Shown here in pieces: positions 30,429 through 41,945 of a stretch of 64,000 nucleotides of DNA. The stretch's first letter is position 1, and every line of letters starts with the position of its first letter. The notes beneath the pieces were generated by a model. It did not search any database. It worked only from the letters and a program-made list of their open reading frames with translations, and had not been told where the DNA came from. The position numbers and the translations under genes were made by a program. The stretch comes from Candidatus Bathycorpusculum hydrogenotrophicum (lineage in GTDB: Archaea > Thermoproteota > Bathyarchaeia > Bathyarchaeales > Bathycorpusculaceae), in assembly GCA_009783705.1 (NCBI GenBank), contig WRCX01000004.1, forward strand, positions 1,827 to 65,826. Reading direction: 5' to 3'.

Positions 30429-31226
30429 TTAGGTTTTGCCTGCTTTTATTTGATTGTAGAGATCCTCAGCTTCCTGCGCAGTATAACCCTCATGAATTAT
30501 AGCGCGGATGGCTCTGATAGATGCAACAGGATACTCTGTCTGCCAGATATTGCGACCCAAATTGACCCCTGCCGCACCTTTCTGCATACCATCATAGACA
30601 AAATCAAAGACTTCCCGCTGAGTCTCCGTCTTAGGTCCACCCGCAATAACAACAGGTACTGGACAGCCGTTAATGATCTTTTCAAAATTCTCTTGACAGT
30701 AGTAGGTTTTAACAACACGAGCACCGATCTCGGCGGCGATTCTAGCGGAGAGCGCTAGATAACGTGCCTCACGCTTTTCCAGTTCTTTACCCACAGCACA
30801 AACAGCCATGACCGGAACACCATAGTCCTCACACTCATCAACAAGCTTGGACAAGTTGGTTAAACTCTTGTTCTCATATTTACTGCCAACAAAAACCGAC
30901 ATCGACACAGCTGAGGCATTAAGACGCAAAATTTCCCCAATGGAGGTAACTAACGACTCATCAGCTAGATCTTCCCCAACAACTGAAACCGCACCAGAAA
31001 CCCGCATAATAATCGGTTTCTCGATAGCTGGATCAACACAATTACGCAACACACCACGAGTAAGCATCAAAGCATCAGCATACTGATAAATCGGTTTAAT
31101 TGTCTCCGCCGGCTTCTCAAGGCAACGTGTTGGACCTTGGAAGTAACCATGATCAATGGGCAAAAACAAAGCCTTTCCATCTTTCTCAAAGAGCCGACTC
31201 AAACGGTTTTTCATACCCCAATCCAT
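30429..31226 (-). CDS. lsrF: LsrF-like thiolase / DhnA-type class I aldolase
   Basis: MDWGMKNRLSR, DHGYFQGPT, TRGVLR, KTYY, IAGGPK, GRNIWQ closely resemble LsrF as recalled. Confidence 0.8.
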   Translation of the reverse strand: MDWGMKNRLSRLFEKDGKALFLPIDHGYFQGPTRCLEKPAETIKPIYQYADALMLTRGVLRNCVDPAIEKPIIMRVSGAVSVVGEDLADESLVTSIGEILRLNASAVSMSVFVGSKYENKSLTNLSKLVDECEDYGVPVMAVCAVGKELEKREARYLALSARIAAEIGARVVKTYYCQENFEKIINGCPVPVVIAGGPKTETQREVFDFVYDGMQKGAAGVNLGRNIWQTEYPVASIRAIRAIIHEGYTAQEAEDLYNQIKAGKT

Positions 31227-31443
31227 AATAAATTTCTCCAAAAAGCAGTTGATCTGAGAATTAAATAACCTTATGCTAAACAAACAGCTATTTGATTTGC
31301 CGAAGGCTAACCTACAAGACTCTTTTTGAACGCTATTTGACTTTGAGTAGTTTTATGAATATGTATATGAAATACGGCATAACTATTCTGTTAAACACCC
31401 TGAAAAATTAAGTGCTTTTATTGGAAAAGTTATCCAATATGCA

Positions 31444-33105
31444 CTATAGGGTAACTGGTTTTGTTGTTTGGTTTTTTCGCCGTTTGAAATAGATTAGCAG
31501 GATGCCAGCGGTTATAGGGAGTAACAAAATGGCAGCTATTAGCCACATATACGGAAAAGGGGCGTTTACATAGTAGATGTTACTGTATCGGTTTGCTACG
31601 GGGTAATCTGGATCGTCATAGACTATGTCGAGTTTTAAACCGTACTTGTCTAGCTGGGTGTGTACTTGGTTCCAGATTTGTTGGCAGGTATCGTTTGCTG
31701 GCCATAGTCCCCAGATTGTGTCTTGGGGGTTGCGCATGCCCCAGCCAAAGTTTTTGGGTAATACTAGGGCGGCTTCGGCTTTTATGCTGCCATGGGTGAC
31801 GTCTGGGTTTTGGACCACCTCTGTCCAGAAGCGCTCCAGCGCCTGATAGTGTTCGTCTTCGAGGGTGTTTGGGTTTGTGGGGTCTTCAGAGTAGTTAAAG
31901 ACAATGATGTATTCTGCGCCTGTTTCGTATGATGTTTTCATTTGTTCAAATATCTCTTGTCCATCAGCAAGAAAGGGTCGCTGTGTGTATTTCCAGGTGA
32001 TGATGGTGCCCCAGCTTTTGCCTTGCAAATTTGCGGCCCCCCGCACCAACCCAATCTCCTGTTCGATAGTGTTGTTCCAGCCTAACTCGGCAAGTACCAT
32101 ATCATATCCTCCGCGGAAATCCCACCAATGTAGTGCATAATCCGCGGTAAACAGAGGTACTGAGACGTTTTCTAAGAATTGCATACGTCTTGCGTATTCA
32201 GCTTCAAATGCTTGAGCGGTTCCATCGCAGGTGTTGAAGGGATTTCTATCTAGAACCACACTTCGGGGTTCCACTTCAGTGATTCGTGCACTGCCATTTG
32301 TCATTGTGTAGAACGTGTACTCTTGGTTGTCCCACTCTCCAATTTTATCCAAAACGGTGATATCATCATTAGGATAATACATGACCTCCGACTCTATTCG
32401 GTATCGGTAATCGTACTCAAATCGAACAGTTGTTCCATTTGGGTATTCAATATATAGTTCTTCTGGACAAGGAATATTTTGTATAATCTCATATGAATGG
32501 TCTGGATGAGAAATGTGGAGTGTACCATTTTTTGTTTTGTCTGGTGCGATTGTAGTTACTTTTATGGTGCTGTTGGGGTAATAATAACTCTGACGGCTAT
32601 CTTTGATCCATTCACCTATGCTGATAGAGCCATCGGCTTCTTTTGCTACGCTTCTATTTGGCTCTGTAAACCATACTCGATCATCGAGCATTTTTCCGCC
32701 CGGTTCATCATAAAAATATATTCCTATGAAATGGTTGTCCCATCGTTGTGGTATCCTATCAAGCCATTCCTGTGTAACAGCATTGCCCGCGTTGGTACCA
32801 ATGTATACTGAGAAGTTAAGTCCAGCGGCGATTGTATAGTCACCGATTTCTTCTACCTCTGTGAAGTTTAGTTCTCCTGAAGAGAGTATGAAGAGGTTAG
32901 TGTAGGTTTTGACTTTGTCGATTAGCTGTTTTGCGCCATCGACTGTGTCCCCCTCGTAAGTTACACCAACATAGACAGTCTTGTCAGTAGGGGAGACGTT
33001 ATCTGCCATGATAAGGGTTGCTGAAACAATCCCTATTAAAAACATAGTAATAACAGTCAGTAGTACTGTTCGCTTTATGTAGCAACAACCTTTATACTTT
33101 AGCAT
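31444..33105 (-). CDS. Uncharacterised membrane-anchored secreted protein, paralog 1 of 4
   Basis: Signal peptide, YVGVTY, YFYDEPGGK, WWDFRGGYD, RGAANL, C-terminal TM + KRRK. Confidence 0.8.
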   Translation of the reverse strand: MLKYKGCCYIKRTVLLTVITMFLIGIVSATLIMADNVSPTDKTVYVGVTYEGDTVDGAKQLIDKVKTYTNLFILSSGELNFTEVEEIGDYTIAAGLNFSVYIGTNAGNAVTQEWLDRIPQRWDNHFIGIYFYDEPGGKMLDDRVWFTEPNRSVAKEADGSISIGEWIKDSRQSYYYPNSTIKVTTIAPDKTKNGTLHISHPDHSYEIIQNIPCPEELYIEYPNGTTVRFEYDYRYRIESEVMYYPNDDITVLDKIGEWDNQEYTFYTMTNGSARITEVEPRSVVLDRNPFNTCDGTAQAFEAEYARRMQFLENVSVPLFTADYALHWWDFRGGYDMVLAELGWNNTIEQEIGLVRGAANLQGKSWGTIITWKYTQRPFLADGQEIFEQMKTSYETGAEYIIVFNYSEDPTNPNTLEDEHYQALERFWTEVVQNPDVTHGSIKAEAALVLPKNFGWGMRNPQDTIWGLWPANDTCQQIWNQVHTQLDKYGLKLDIVYDDPDYPVANRYSNIYYVNAPFPYMWLIAAILLLPITAGILLIYFKRRKNQTTKPVTL

Positions 33106-33168
33106 GCTGGCAGGTAAATAGTTAGGTTCTACTTATTTTTATTCCCAAATTCGGTGTGAGGTTTATTT

Positions 33169-33378
33169 TTAGAGGGGTCTTAGAATTAAGTAACCTTTTT
33201 CTATAAGCCAGTGATGGAATTGCCATGTCGTATATAGACACGATTGGCTGCATTTTTCACGTGTCTGTTCATATGCCGTTGATCCCTCAACCTGTTTGTT
33301 TAGTTCTATTTGTACTGGACATTGGACATCTTTACAGAATTCTCGCCGTTTATACTCCACATAGCCTTCAGGAGCCAT
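33169..33378 (-). CDS. Small Cys/His-rich hypothetical protein
   Basis: FCKDVQCP...CSQSC...QFHHWL; protein-like composition. Confidence 0.6.
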   Translation of the reverse strand: MAPEGYVEYKRREFCKDVQCPVQIELNKQVEGSTAYEQTREKCSQSCLYTTWQFHHWLIEKGYLILRPL

Positions 33379-33848
33379 AGTTATCAACCGCTAATTTCAG
33401 CCTAACCTAATAAGCCTACTGCCTAATCTGTGCTTACACAAGCCGCAGGCAGGTTACTAACCCACACAACAATCAACAAAAAACCTTAATTGCGCATTTT
33501 TTGCGATAAATTCTATTTATGGGCTGTTCTATCTAGAAAATGCCTTACACTCTTGTGTAGTAATATAGTGATAAGAGTGGGTAGTTTGGATAGAGATAGC
33601 GGTAAAATTAAAGTGTGGATTGTAAAGAAGCGGTTGCAGGGGTGGGTTGTTACTGGTATTTGTGTTTTTGTTAGGATAAGTCGGGGTAGCGTGTTGTGAT
33701 GACTGATTGTGGCTGATGATAAGTAGTTGAATCTCATTTAACAGGTTAGTTATAATCTTTGTTTTTTGTGGCGATTGTTGATTAGTACAGTTGTTTACGA
33801 ATAGAGTTAAAAACTAAGCCGTATACTTCTTCTATTAGGGACTAAAGT

Positions 33849-34538
33849 TTGGATAAGAAACACGGGTTACTTTACTGTGCAGGTTTTCTATTGATTGCCT
33901 TGATTGTTGGTTGTTTTGTTACGTCAAATTACCAGTACCAAAACTTTAGCTCCAATCAGAACCCAAACTATGGTCCTTTAAACATAGCCAGTTTTAACGC
34001 TATAACCCTTAGTCCGTATAATTTGTTGACGTTTCCGTCTTTGGTTTCCCTTCAAACGCCTCTTATAAGCCATGAGGTTCTGGCTAATTCAACTCGGAGC
34101 CAAATCTTCAACCACATCAGCCAAAACCCAGGCGTTCAATTTCGCGCAATTGCTTCAGCGCTTTGTTTGCCTGTGGGTTTAGCAGAGTACCATCTTGATA
34201 TATTGAGCCGTTCAGGATTAGTTTCGTTTATCCGCGACGGACGGTACAAGCGGTTTTTTGTTTCCAAGCGGTTTAGCATAAGCGATATGAAGCTGATTTG
34301 TGTGTTGCGGCGCAGAACGCCTAAAAAAATTTTTACTGTGCTCTTATCTAAGCGGCAGCTATCCCATGGTCAATTAGCCGAGGAAGTTTCGGTTACCTCC
34401 CAAGCGCTGACTTGGCAGATGAAAACCCTCAAAGACACTCAGCTAATCCTACATGTTAATGACGGTCTGCGAATAGTCTATTCGATCGATCAATCCGCGG
34501 CACCGCTACTGGAGAAATATCTCACTGTTGTAGAATAG
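33849..34538 (+). CDS. Winged-helix (ArsR-like, tandem HTH) regulator with N-terminal hydrophobic segment
   Basis: RSQIFNHISQNPG...EYHLDIL; second HTH LSHGQLAEEVSVTSQALTWQM. Confidence 0.75.
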   Translation: MDKKHGLLYCAGFLLIALIVGCFVTSNYQYQNFSSNQNPNYGPLNIASFNAITLSPYNLLTFPSLVSLQTPLISHEVLANSTRSQIFNHISQNPGVQFRAIASALCLPVGLAEYHLDILSRSGLVSFIRDGRYKRFFVSKRFSISDMKLICVLRRRTPKKIFTVLLSKRQLSHGQLAEEVSVTSQALTWQMKTLKDTQLILHVNDGLRIVYSIDQSAAPLLEKYLTVVE

Positions 34539-34582
34539 CCTTTTTTAATATCTATTTTTTATTATCTGCTGATTGATGAGTT

Positions 34583-35224
34583 ATGTCCAAAATTTATCTT
34601 CTAGGCGGCGAAAATGTCTATAGCCGAAGCGCAAAGCAGGTTAACCTAGAGGCCTTTGAGGGCGCGGCTCAGCCGCTTAACGTTTTGATATTGCCTTGGG
34701 CACGGGCATCTTTTGATCAGCAATACCAAAAACGACAGACCTTAACTGATTATTTTAGAAGCCTAGGCGCTAGGGCTGTGAATTTTGCGGAATATGGCCC
34801 AATAGAAGCTACCGCCGAACAGATGACCGAGGCAGGCTTAGTTTATTTGACGGGCGGTCAACCCAGCATTCTTATCAACCGCCTAAAAACCATAGGCGTC
34901 GACCAGTTGCTTGAGAATTATGGCGGCGTGATGGTTGGCCGCAGTGCAGGCGCTTTGGCTCTCTGTAAACGGTGCGTAACCACCTGCAGAAGCAACTCCA
35001 AAGTCCGAATCGTCAACGGCTTAGGCTTAGTAAACATCACCCTAAAAGCGCACTATACTCCCAAAAAAGACGAGGCCCTAAAGAGCTTTTCTCTAACCGA
35101 GGATATTTTTGCTGTTCCTGAAGGATCCGCCTTGGTCTATGAGGCTGGCAAACTCTATGCAATGGGTGAGGCCTACCTTTTTAGCAAAGGTAACCGCCAA
35201 ATCTTTACTCAAACCTGTTTATAA
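34583..35224 (+). CDS. Peptidase S51/dipeptidase E-like (class I glutamine amidotransferase fold)
   Basis: VYLTGGQP, GRSAGA nucleophile elbow, KAHY. Confidence 0.8.
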   Translation: MSKIYLLGGENVYSRSAKQVNLEAFEGAAQPLNVLILPWARASFDQQYQKRQTLTDYFRSLGARAVNFAEYGPIEATAEQMTEAGLVYLTGGQPSILINRLKTIGVDQLLENYGGVMVGRSAGALALCKRCVTTCRSNSKVRIVNGLGLVNITLKAHYTPKKDEALKSFSLTEDIFAVPEGSALVYEAGKLYAMGEAYLFSKGNRQIFTQTCL

Positions 35225-35458
35225 TTCACTGAATAACAACTTTTTTAGGCGGGTATAAACACAGAGTTAATGATTGTTATGCGTAGATTTGCCTTAGTAG
35301 CAATCCTTTTAACAGTACTTATAACTGTATCTGCGGTAGGTGTTTTAGGTTCAACTGTTGCAACTAGTTGCGTTTGGGATCGCGAGACCGGCGCACTTGT
35401 CTATGCAAAAACATCTTAACAAAACTATACCCTAGAAACCAGTGTAGATCAGACAAAC

Positions 35459-36745
35459 ATGTGGCCCTCTGATATCTTCAGTTTTAGCCCCTCCACATTC
35501 TATACACTAATCTCCATTGTTGCTGTGTTAATCGCAATTTTGGTCACGCTCTCTGCTATTTGGATAAAGCAGAAAAAGCAAAAGCCGCTGTTACTTGCGC
35601 TTCAAATTGTCGGGGCCCTCTTTACGGCAATTTTCCTATTTGCCTATATAGGCGGCATGTTTATGACGCCCTCTACAACTGTTTTACACTCTGAACTTCC
35701 CGTTCGCATAGCCTTGTTTGTTTCTGGTGCCGCGTTTCTGACTTTAATTCTGACAAACGCCATTATGGCTCTGCGGGAAAAAACCCTCAAAAGCTCCTTG
35801 GCGTTAAAAATTGGTTTACTTGTAGTTGCAGTTGCATACTTTCTCTTTACTCTTCATGCTCTCTTTACTTTGGAGTGGATAGGTGAATGGAATCGTTTTG
35901 CTAGCGGGTCTATCTCTACAATAATACTTGTTCAAGATGTCAGTGCTTTTGTGGGCGTAATCGCCCGATTCATAGCTGGTATAATTGCCATAGCAGGTGT
36001 TGGGCTCTATTTTCGCAGTGGGTTTCCTTCAACCCAAAGATTCTATAAGATTCTGCGGGGGATCTTGGTGCTTGAGGCGTCCTATTGGTTTGCCCTTATA
36101 CCCACTGCTGTTACCTTGGGCTACATTGCTGGAGTTTTCTACGGATCATCTACCATAGGCTTATTGGGTGCTCTTGCTTGGACCACTATCCCCTTATTTG
36201 TGGAATCTATGGTGTTGCCCTCTGCTTTGATTGTTTTAGCTAAAAAATTGGATTACAAAAAGCCCGCTGTTGACGCTATTAGATGGGCGTGGATTTCTGG
36301 TGTGTTGTTGATAGTGGTTTTCTGGTTAACCAACATGGGAACTTGGATGCTTACCGTTGGAACTAATGGGCTTAGCTATCTTGTTGCTTATCCCCAGAAT
36401 ATGTTTAGCTTCATTATAACGGTGGTTGGTCTTATTGGATTAGTTCTCTTTACGGTTTATTTCGCTAAGAAACGTGGTCTTACCTCAAGTTGGCAGACTC
36501 TTAATCTGCGGGGCGTGGGTGTTATTATCACCTTGTTAGGCCTTTTTTTCCTTTGGAACTATCTTGGTTGGATATTTTTTGGTGGTGACTATGTTTGGAG
36601 TAACTGGTATGCTTGGTTTCTTGGGCATAACTTGGATTTATGGATGTTGACCTTGCCCCTATTTGGTGTACCTTTGATGTTTTATTGTCCAAACAGAGAC
36701 ACTGTGGGGTCTAGGGGCGGTGCATCAGCTGTTAAATCTGGTTAG
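35459..36745 (+). CDS. Polytopic membrane protein, unknown function (possibly 5'-truncated by an upstream in-frame stop)
   Basis: ~11-12 hydrophobic segments; an in-frame upstream signal-peptide ORF at 35270-35419. Confidence 0.7.
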   Translation: MWPSDIFSFSPSTFYTLISIVAVLIAILVTLSAIWIKQKKQKPLLLALQIVGALFTAIFLFAYIGGMFMTPSTTVLHSELPVRIALFVSGAAFLTLILTNAIMALREKTLKSSLALKIGLLVVAVAYFLFTLHALFTLEWIGEWNRFASGSISTIILVQDVSAFVGVIARFIAGIIAIAGVGLYFRSGFPSTQRFYKILRGILVLEASYWFALIPTAVTLGYIAGVFYGSSTIGLLGALAWTTIPLFVESMVLPSALIVLAKKLDYKKPAVDAIRWAWISGVLLIVVFWLTNMGTWMLTVGTNGLSYLVAYPQNMFSFIITVVGLIGLVLFTVYFAKKRGLTSSWQTLNLRGVGVIITLLGLFFLWNYLGWIFFGGDYVWSNWYAWFLGHNLDLWMLTLPLFGVPLMFYCPNRDTVGSRGGASAVKSG

Positions 36746-36793
36746 GTTTGAAACTCTTATATACACCAGTTGATAATTTCTCTTTTGAGTGTC

Positions 36794-37102
36794 ATGGCCG
36801 AAGTTTGTTCAACATGCGGATTACCTAAAGACCTGTGCGTTTGCGGCGAAATAGAGAAAGAGCAGCAACGTATACGTATACGTCTTGAAACCCGAAAGTT
36901 CGGTAAAGCAACCACGATTATTGATGGAATGGATGATAAAAATCAGAACCTTCAAAGTGTCGCCCAGAAGCTTAAAACTTATTGCGCCTGTGGCGGGACC
37001 CATAAAAATGGGCAAATCATGTTGCAAGGTGACCATCGTGATCGTGTCAAAGAGTTTCTGATAAAGATCGGATACCCTCAGGAAAACATCGAGTTACAGT
37101 AA
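36794..37102 (+). CDS. sui1: Translation initiation factor aIF1/SUI1
   Basis: CSTCGLPKDLCVC, RKFGK, LKTYCACGGT, LQGDHR. Confidence 0.95.
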   Translation: MAEVCSTCGLPKDLCVCGEIEKEQQRIRIRLETRKFGKATTIIDGMDDKNQNLQSVAQKLKTYCACGGTHKNGQIMLQGDHRDRVKEFLIKIGYPQENIELQ

Positions 37103-37136
37103 GTAACTCGCAAGCCGCTAATTTGGTGCATCTCGG

Positions 37137-37406
37137 ATGAAAAAGGCAGATAGCTTACGTGAGATCTTCAAAAACACAAAACGCAGAAAGCCAACCGCAA
37201 TTTTTTGCCCCCGATGTTGTAGTCCAAAAATTCAATTAGCCAGTAGTTTAGCTGTTTGGCTGACTCCTAAACAGTACTACTGCGAAAACTGCGGCTACAC
37301 AGGCATTATAGTTATGGAACTTGAAGAAGCTCCCGAGCTGGATAAAGCTGAAGAAGGTTCTGAGATATATCAAGAAGAAACTGAGATAGACCAAGAAAAA
37401 AAGTAG
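37137..37406 (+). CDS. Small Zn-ribbon protein with acidic tail
   Basis: FCPRCCS...YYCENCGY. Confidence 0.65.
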   Translation: MKKADSLREIFKNTKRRKPTAIFCPRCCSPKIQLASSLAVWLTPKQYYCENCGYTGIIVMELEEAPELDKAEEGSEIYQEETEIDQEKK

Positions 37407-37430
37407 AGTGCGCTTGATAGATAAGCGCTC

Positions 37431-38375
37431 TTAATCGGGTAATTCGAGGTTTAGCTGTTTTTTGAGTGTCTTGTAGCGGTTTCGCACGGTAACTTCGGTT
37501 ACTCCGGCGGCTTCTGCTATGTCTTTTTGGGTTTTCTTTTCGTTGTTTTGGAGACATGCGATGTAGAGGGCAGCAGCGGCTAGTCCCATGGGGTCTTTTC
37601 CTGCAGCAGCACGTTTACGTCTGGCTTCCCGAAGGATGTTGATTGCTGCACCTTGGGTTTTTCCTGATATGCCGGTTTTTTCAGCGATCTTGGATACATA
37701 GGTCAGAGGATCTGCGATGGGCATGTGAACTTCGAGTTCTCGGAGCAACAATCTGTAGCATCGAGCGACATCTTTTTTGTCAACTAGGCTGGCTTCAGCG
37801 ATTTCGCGCAATGTTCTTGGTGTTCCGCTTCCACGACATGCTGCATACAATGCGGCTGCGGCTATAGCAGCGATGGAGCGTCCTCGGACTAATCCTTTGT
37901 CGAGGGCTTTTCGGTAGACAACGGCGGCTTTTTCTTTGATCGGTGGTGGGATGTAGACTTTGTCTGAGAGGCGGTCTAGTTCGGCCATGGCTTGTGCGAG
38001 GTTGCGGTCGATGGATGAGTGAACTCGGCTTCGGATCTGCCATTTTCTAAGACGCCACATTTGGAGTCTTGTTGATAGGGGCAGTTTTCTGCCAAACGCA
38101 TCGCGGTCCACTTGGCTGATGGCTGTGGATAAGCCTTTGTCGTGGACGGAGTAAGAGGTGGGTACACCGACGCGGCTTCTGGACGCTTTTTCTTCTTGGG
38201 TGAATGCGCGCCATTCTGGTCCTTTGTCCATCATTTGTTCGTAGAGGACAAGGCCGCAGTCGCCGCAGACGGTTTCTCCTGTGTCGTAATCGTGAACCAG
38301 GTTTGCGCCGCCACACTCGGGGCATTTTTCTGCCTGTCGTTGGGTTGTTTTCGGTGCTTCTTTTTTTATGCTCAC
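37431..38375 (-). CDS. tfb: Transcription initiation factor IIB
   Basis: CPECG...CGDCG, GPEWRAF, two cyclin repeats, AGVTEVTVRNRY. Confidence 0.97.
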   Translation of the reverse strand: MSIKKEAPKTTQRQAEKCPECGGANLVHDYDTGETVCGDCGLVLYEQMMDKGPEWRAFTQEEKASRSRVGVPTSYSVHDKGLSTAISQVDRDAFGRKLPLSTRLQMWRLRKWQIRSRVHSSIDRNLAQAMAELDRLSDKVYIPPPIKEKAAVVYRKALDKGLVRGRSIAAIAAAALYAACRGSGTPRTLREIAEASLVDKKDVARCYRLLLRELEVHMPIADPLTYVSKIAEKTGISGKTQGAAINILREARRKRAAAGKDPMGLAAAALYIACLQNNEKKTQKDIAEAAGVTEVTVRNRYKTLKKQLNLELPD

Positions 38376-38473
38376 TTATTCTACCTCACTTGGATATGCG
38401 TAGAACCGTCACTATGGCCAATTCGGCTAGAAACAGTACATTCGGCTCGCGCAAACTAAGCTGATGAACTGTT

Positions 38474-38486
38474 TATATATTTAAGC
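38474..38486 (-). promoter_or_regulatory. Probable TATA box of tfb
   Basis: TTAAATATA(TAAA) on the minus strand ~100 nt upstream of the GTG start; GTGAGGT Shine-Dalgarno near the start. Confidence 0.45.
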
Positions 38487-38745
38487 TTTGTGGTTTATTA
38501 AACCTGTTGCACACATTCACTTCGAAATCAGCATAATGCGCCCCATAAAAAATGTAAAAAAATGTAAAAATCTAACAAACAAAAAAACAACCCCCCTTAT
38601 CTATCCCATAGCTTCTACGATCACAAACCAACCAAACCTCTGCCAAACAAGCCAAACCCCAAACAAATTTCAATATGCTTATTAGGAGAAAAGTCGCCCT
38701 TTAACCTCTAACAATAAATAACGCCGTACATAATCAAAACAACGC

Positions 38746-38821
38746 AGCCCGTTGGTGTAGTGGTCAAGCATTTCGGGCTTTGGACCCGACGACGAGAGTT
38801 CGAATCTCTCACGGGCTACCA
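38746..38821 (+). tRNA. tRNA-Gln(TTG), CCA encoded
   Basis: Acceptor AGCCCGT/ACGGGCT, anticodon arm TCGGG-CTTTGGA-CCCGA, GTTCGAAT T-loop. Confidence 0.96.
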
Positions 38822-38915
38822 CCAATATACACAAATTTTGAAGCACCTCCGCTCACAAAAAAATGAGCTGTGAGAGCCAGCCCAAAATTTGTTACTGCAT
38901 TTCTCTTCTTTTGGT

Positions 38916-40433
<1,518 letters not shown>

Positions 40434-40844
40434 AACTGCCCATCCTGTCCTTCTACCCACACTATTGTTATTCGTGAACTTAAAGATAGTTTAAAGCTAC
40501 TCATGACAAAATAGATCAACTATTACCTGATATCTCCGTCTCTTAATTTTAATCGACATACCCTCGCGCAACGGACTAAATATTTTTGGTTAACCTGTTG
40601 CTTTTATGGATAAAGGGATATAAGACAAAACCCAAATAATCAAACCTGTAATGCGATGGGCAACCGGATCAAGTATCCAAAACCTACCGCGACACCAACG
40701 ATCTATGTGCCGCTCCTACACTAACCCCAAACTTAAACAATAATCAACCATATGTATAGGCGGTCACTAACAAGCTAAGACTAACCCCTTAGCTCCTCAA
40801 GCCTGCCCATAATTGAATTACACAAAGGATATGAGTGAAAAAGC

Positions 40845-41945
40845 ATGAACATGCAAGATAAAATCAAACAGGTACTAATGGACTACGACCCAAACGAAAT
40901 CCGCATCGGCGTCTTGGGCAGCCACTCAGCCCTAGAAATCGCCTCAGGCGCAAAACAAGAAGGCTTTGAAACCGTAGTCGTATGCCAAAGCGGACGAGAA
41001 AAAACCTACGCCCGCTACTACCGAAACATCTTTGACAAATTCATCTTTCTAGACCAATTCCAAGACATAACCCAACCTCAAACAATAGACGAACTCCAAG
41101 AACTAAACACCGTCTTTGTTCCCAACCGCTCCTTTAGCGTATACACAGGCTATGAAGCCATAGAAACAAAATTCACCGTACCCCTAATGGGTAACCGTTA
41201 CCTCCTAAAAACCGAAGAACGCACCGCCCCTAAAAACCAACTCTGGCTCCTAAAACAAGCCGGCATCCAACTCCCCCAAGCCTTCCAATCACCAAACGAC
41301 ATCGACCGCCCCGTCATCATCAAAGTCGCGGAAAAAAACAGAACTATCGAGCGCGCATTTTTCTATGCCTCAAGCCCACAAGAATACCAACAAGAAGCCG
41401 AAAAACGCATCAAAGCCGGCATAATCACTCCTGAAGCACTAAAAGAAGCCGTTATCGAAGAATATGTTCTTGGCGCAAAATTTAACGCCAACTATTTCTA
41501 CTCCCCCCTAAACGATGATATTGATCTTTTAGGCTTTGACCGCCGCATCCAAACCGATCTTGATGGCATTTTGGATCTGCCGGCAAGAGAACAACTAGAA
41601 CTAAACATAGCCTCCCAAAACATCGAAATCGGACACCAAGGCGCAACCATGCGCGAGAGTCAACTTGAAAAAATCTTTGAAGCCGCAGAACGCTGGGTCA
41701 ATATCTGCTACAAAGAATTCCCCCCCGGCATGATCGGTTTATTTGCATTACAAGGTGCAGTTACAAAAGACCTCCAATTCCGCGTATTTGATGTGAGTCC
41801 CCGTGTTCCTGGTTGTCCCTGTGTAGAACCTACCTCACCCTACATGAAATACAAATACGGCGTAGAAGTCGGCCCCGGCAAACGTGTAGCCATGGAAATC
41901 AAACGTGCAATAAGAAAACACCGCCTCTCAGAAGTGGTAACCTAA
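40845..41945 (+). CDS. PurP-like ATP-grasp protein (DUF1246/DUF1297), divergent paralog
   Basis: GVLGSHSALE, VPNRSF, IEIGH...RESQLE, FDVSPRVPG. Confidence 0.85.
   Translation: MNMQDKIKQVLMDYDPNEIRIGVLGSHSALEIASGAKQEGFETVVVCQSGREKTYARYYRNIFDKFIFLDQFQDITQPQTIDELQELNTVFVPNRSFSVYTGYEAIETKFTVPLMGNRYLLKTEERTAPKNQLWLLKQAGIQLPQAFQSPNDIDRPVIIKVAEKNRTIERAFFYASSPQEYQQEAEKRIKAGIITPEALKEAVIEEYVLGAKFNANYFYSPLNDDIDLLGFDRRIQTDLDGILDLPAREQLELNIASQNIEIGHQGATMRESQLEKIFEAAERWVNICYKEFPPGMIGLFALQGAVTKDLQFRVFDVSPRVPGCPCVEPTSPYMKYKYGVEVGPGKRVAMEIKRAIRKHRLSEVVT

Noticed and set aside
35417-35419. Selenocysteine/pyrrolysine recoding
   Set aside because: The codon is TAA, not TGA/TAG, and there is no Sec/Pyl machinery in the window.
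38380-38470. C/D-box sRNA upstream of tfb (CTGATGA; repeated AGCCGAAT)
   Set aside because: No properly ordered C and D boxes. More simply the tfb 5' UTR.
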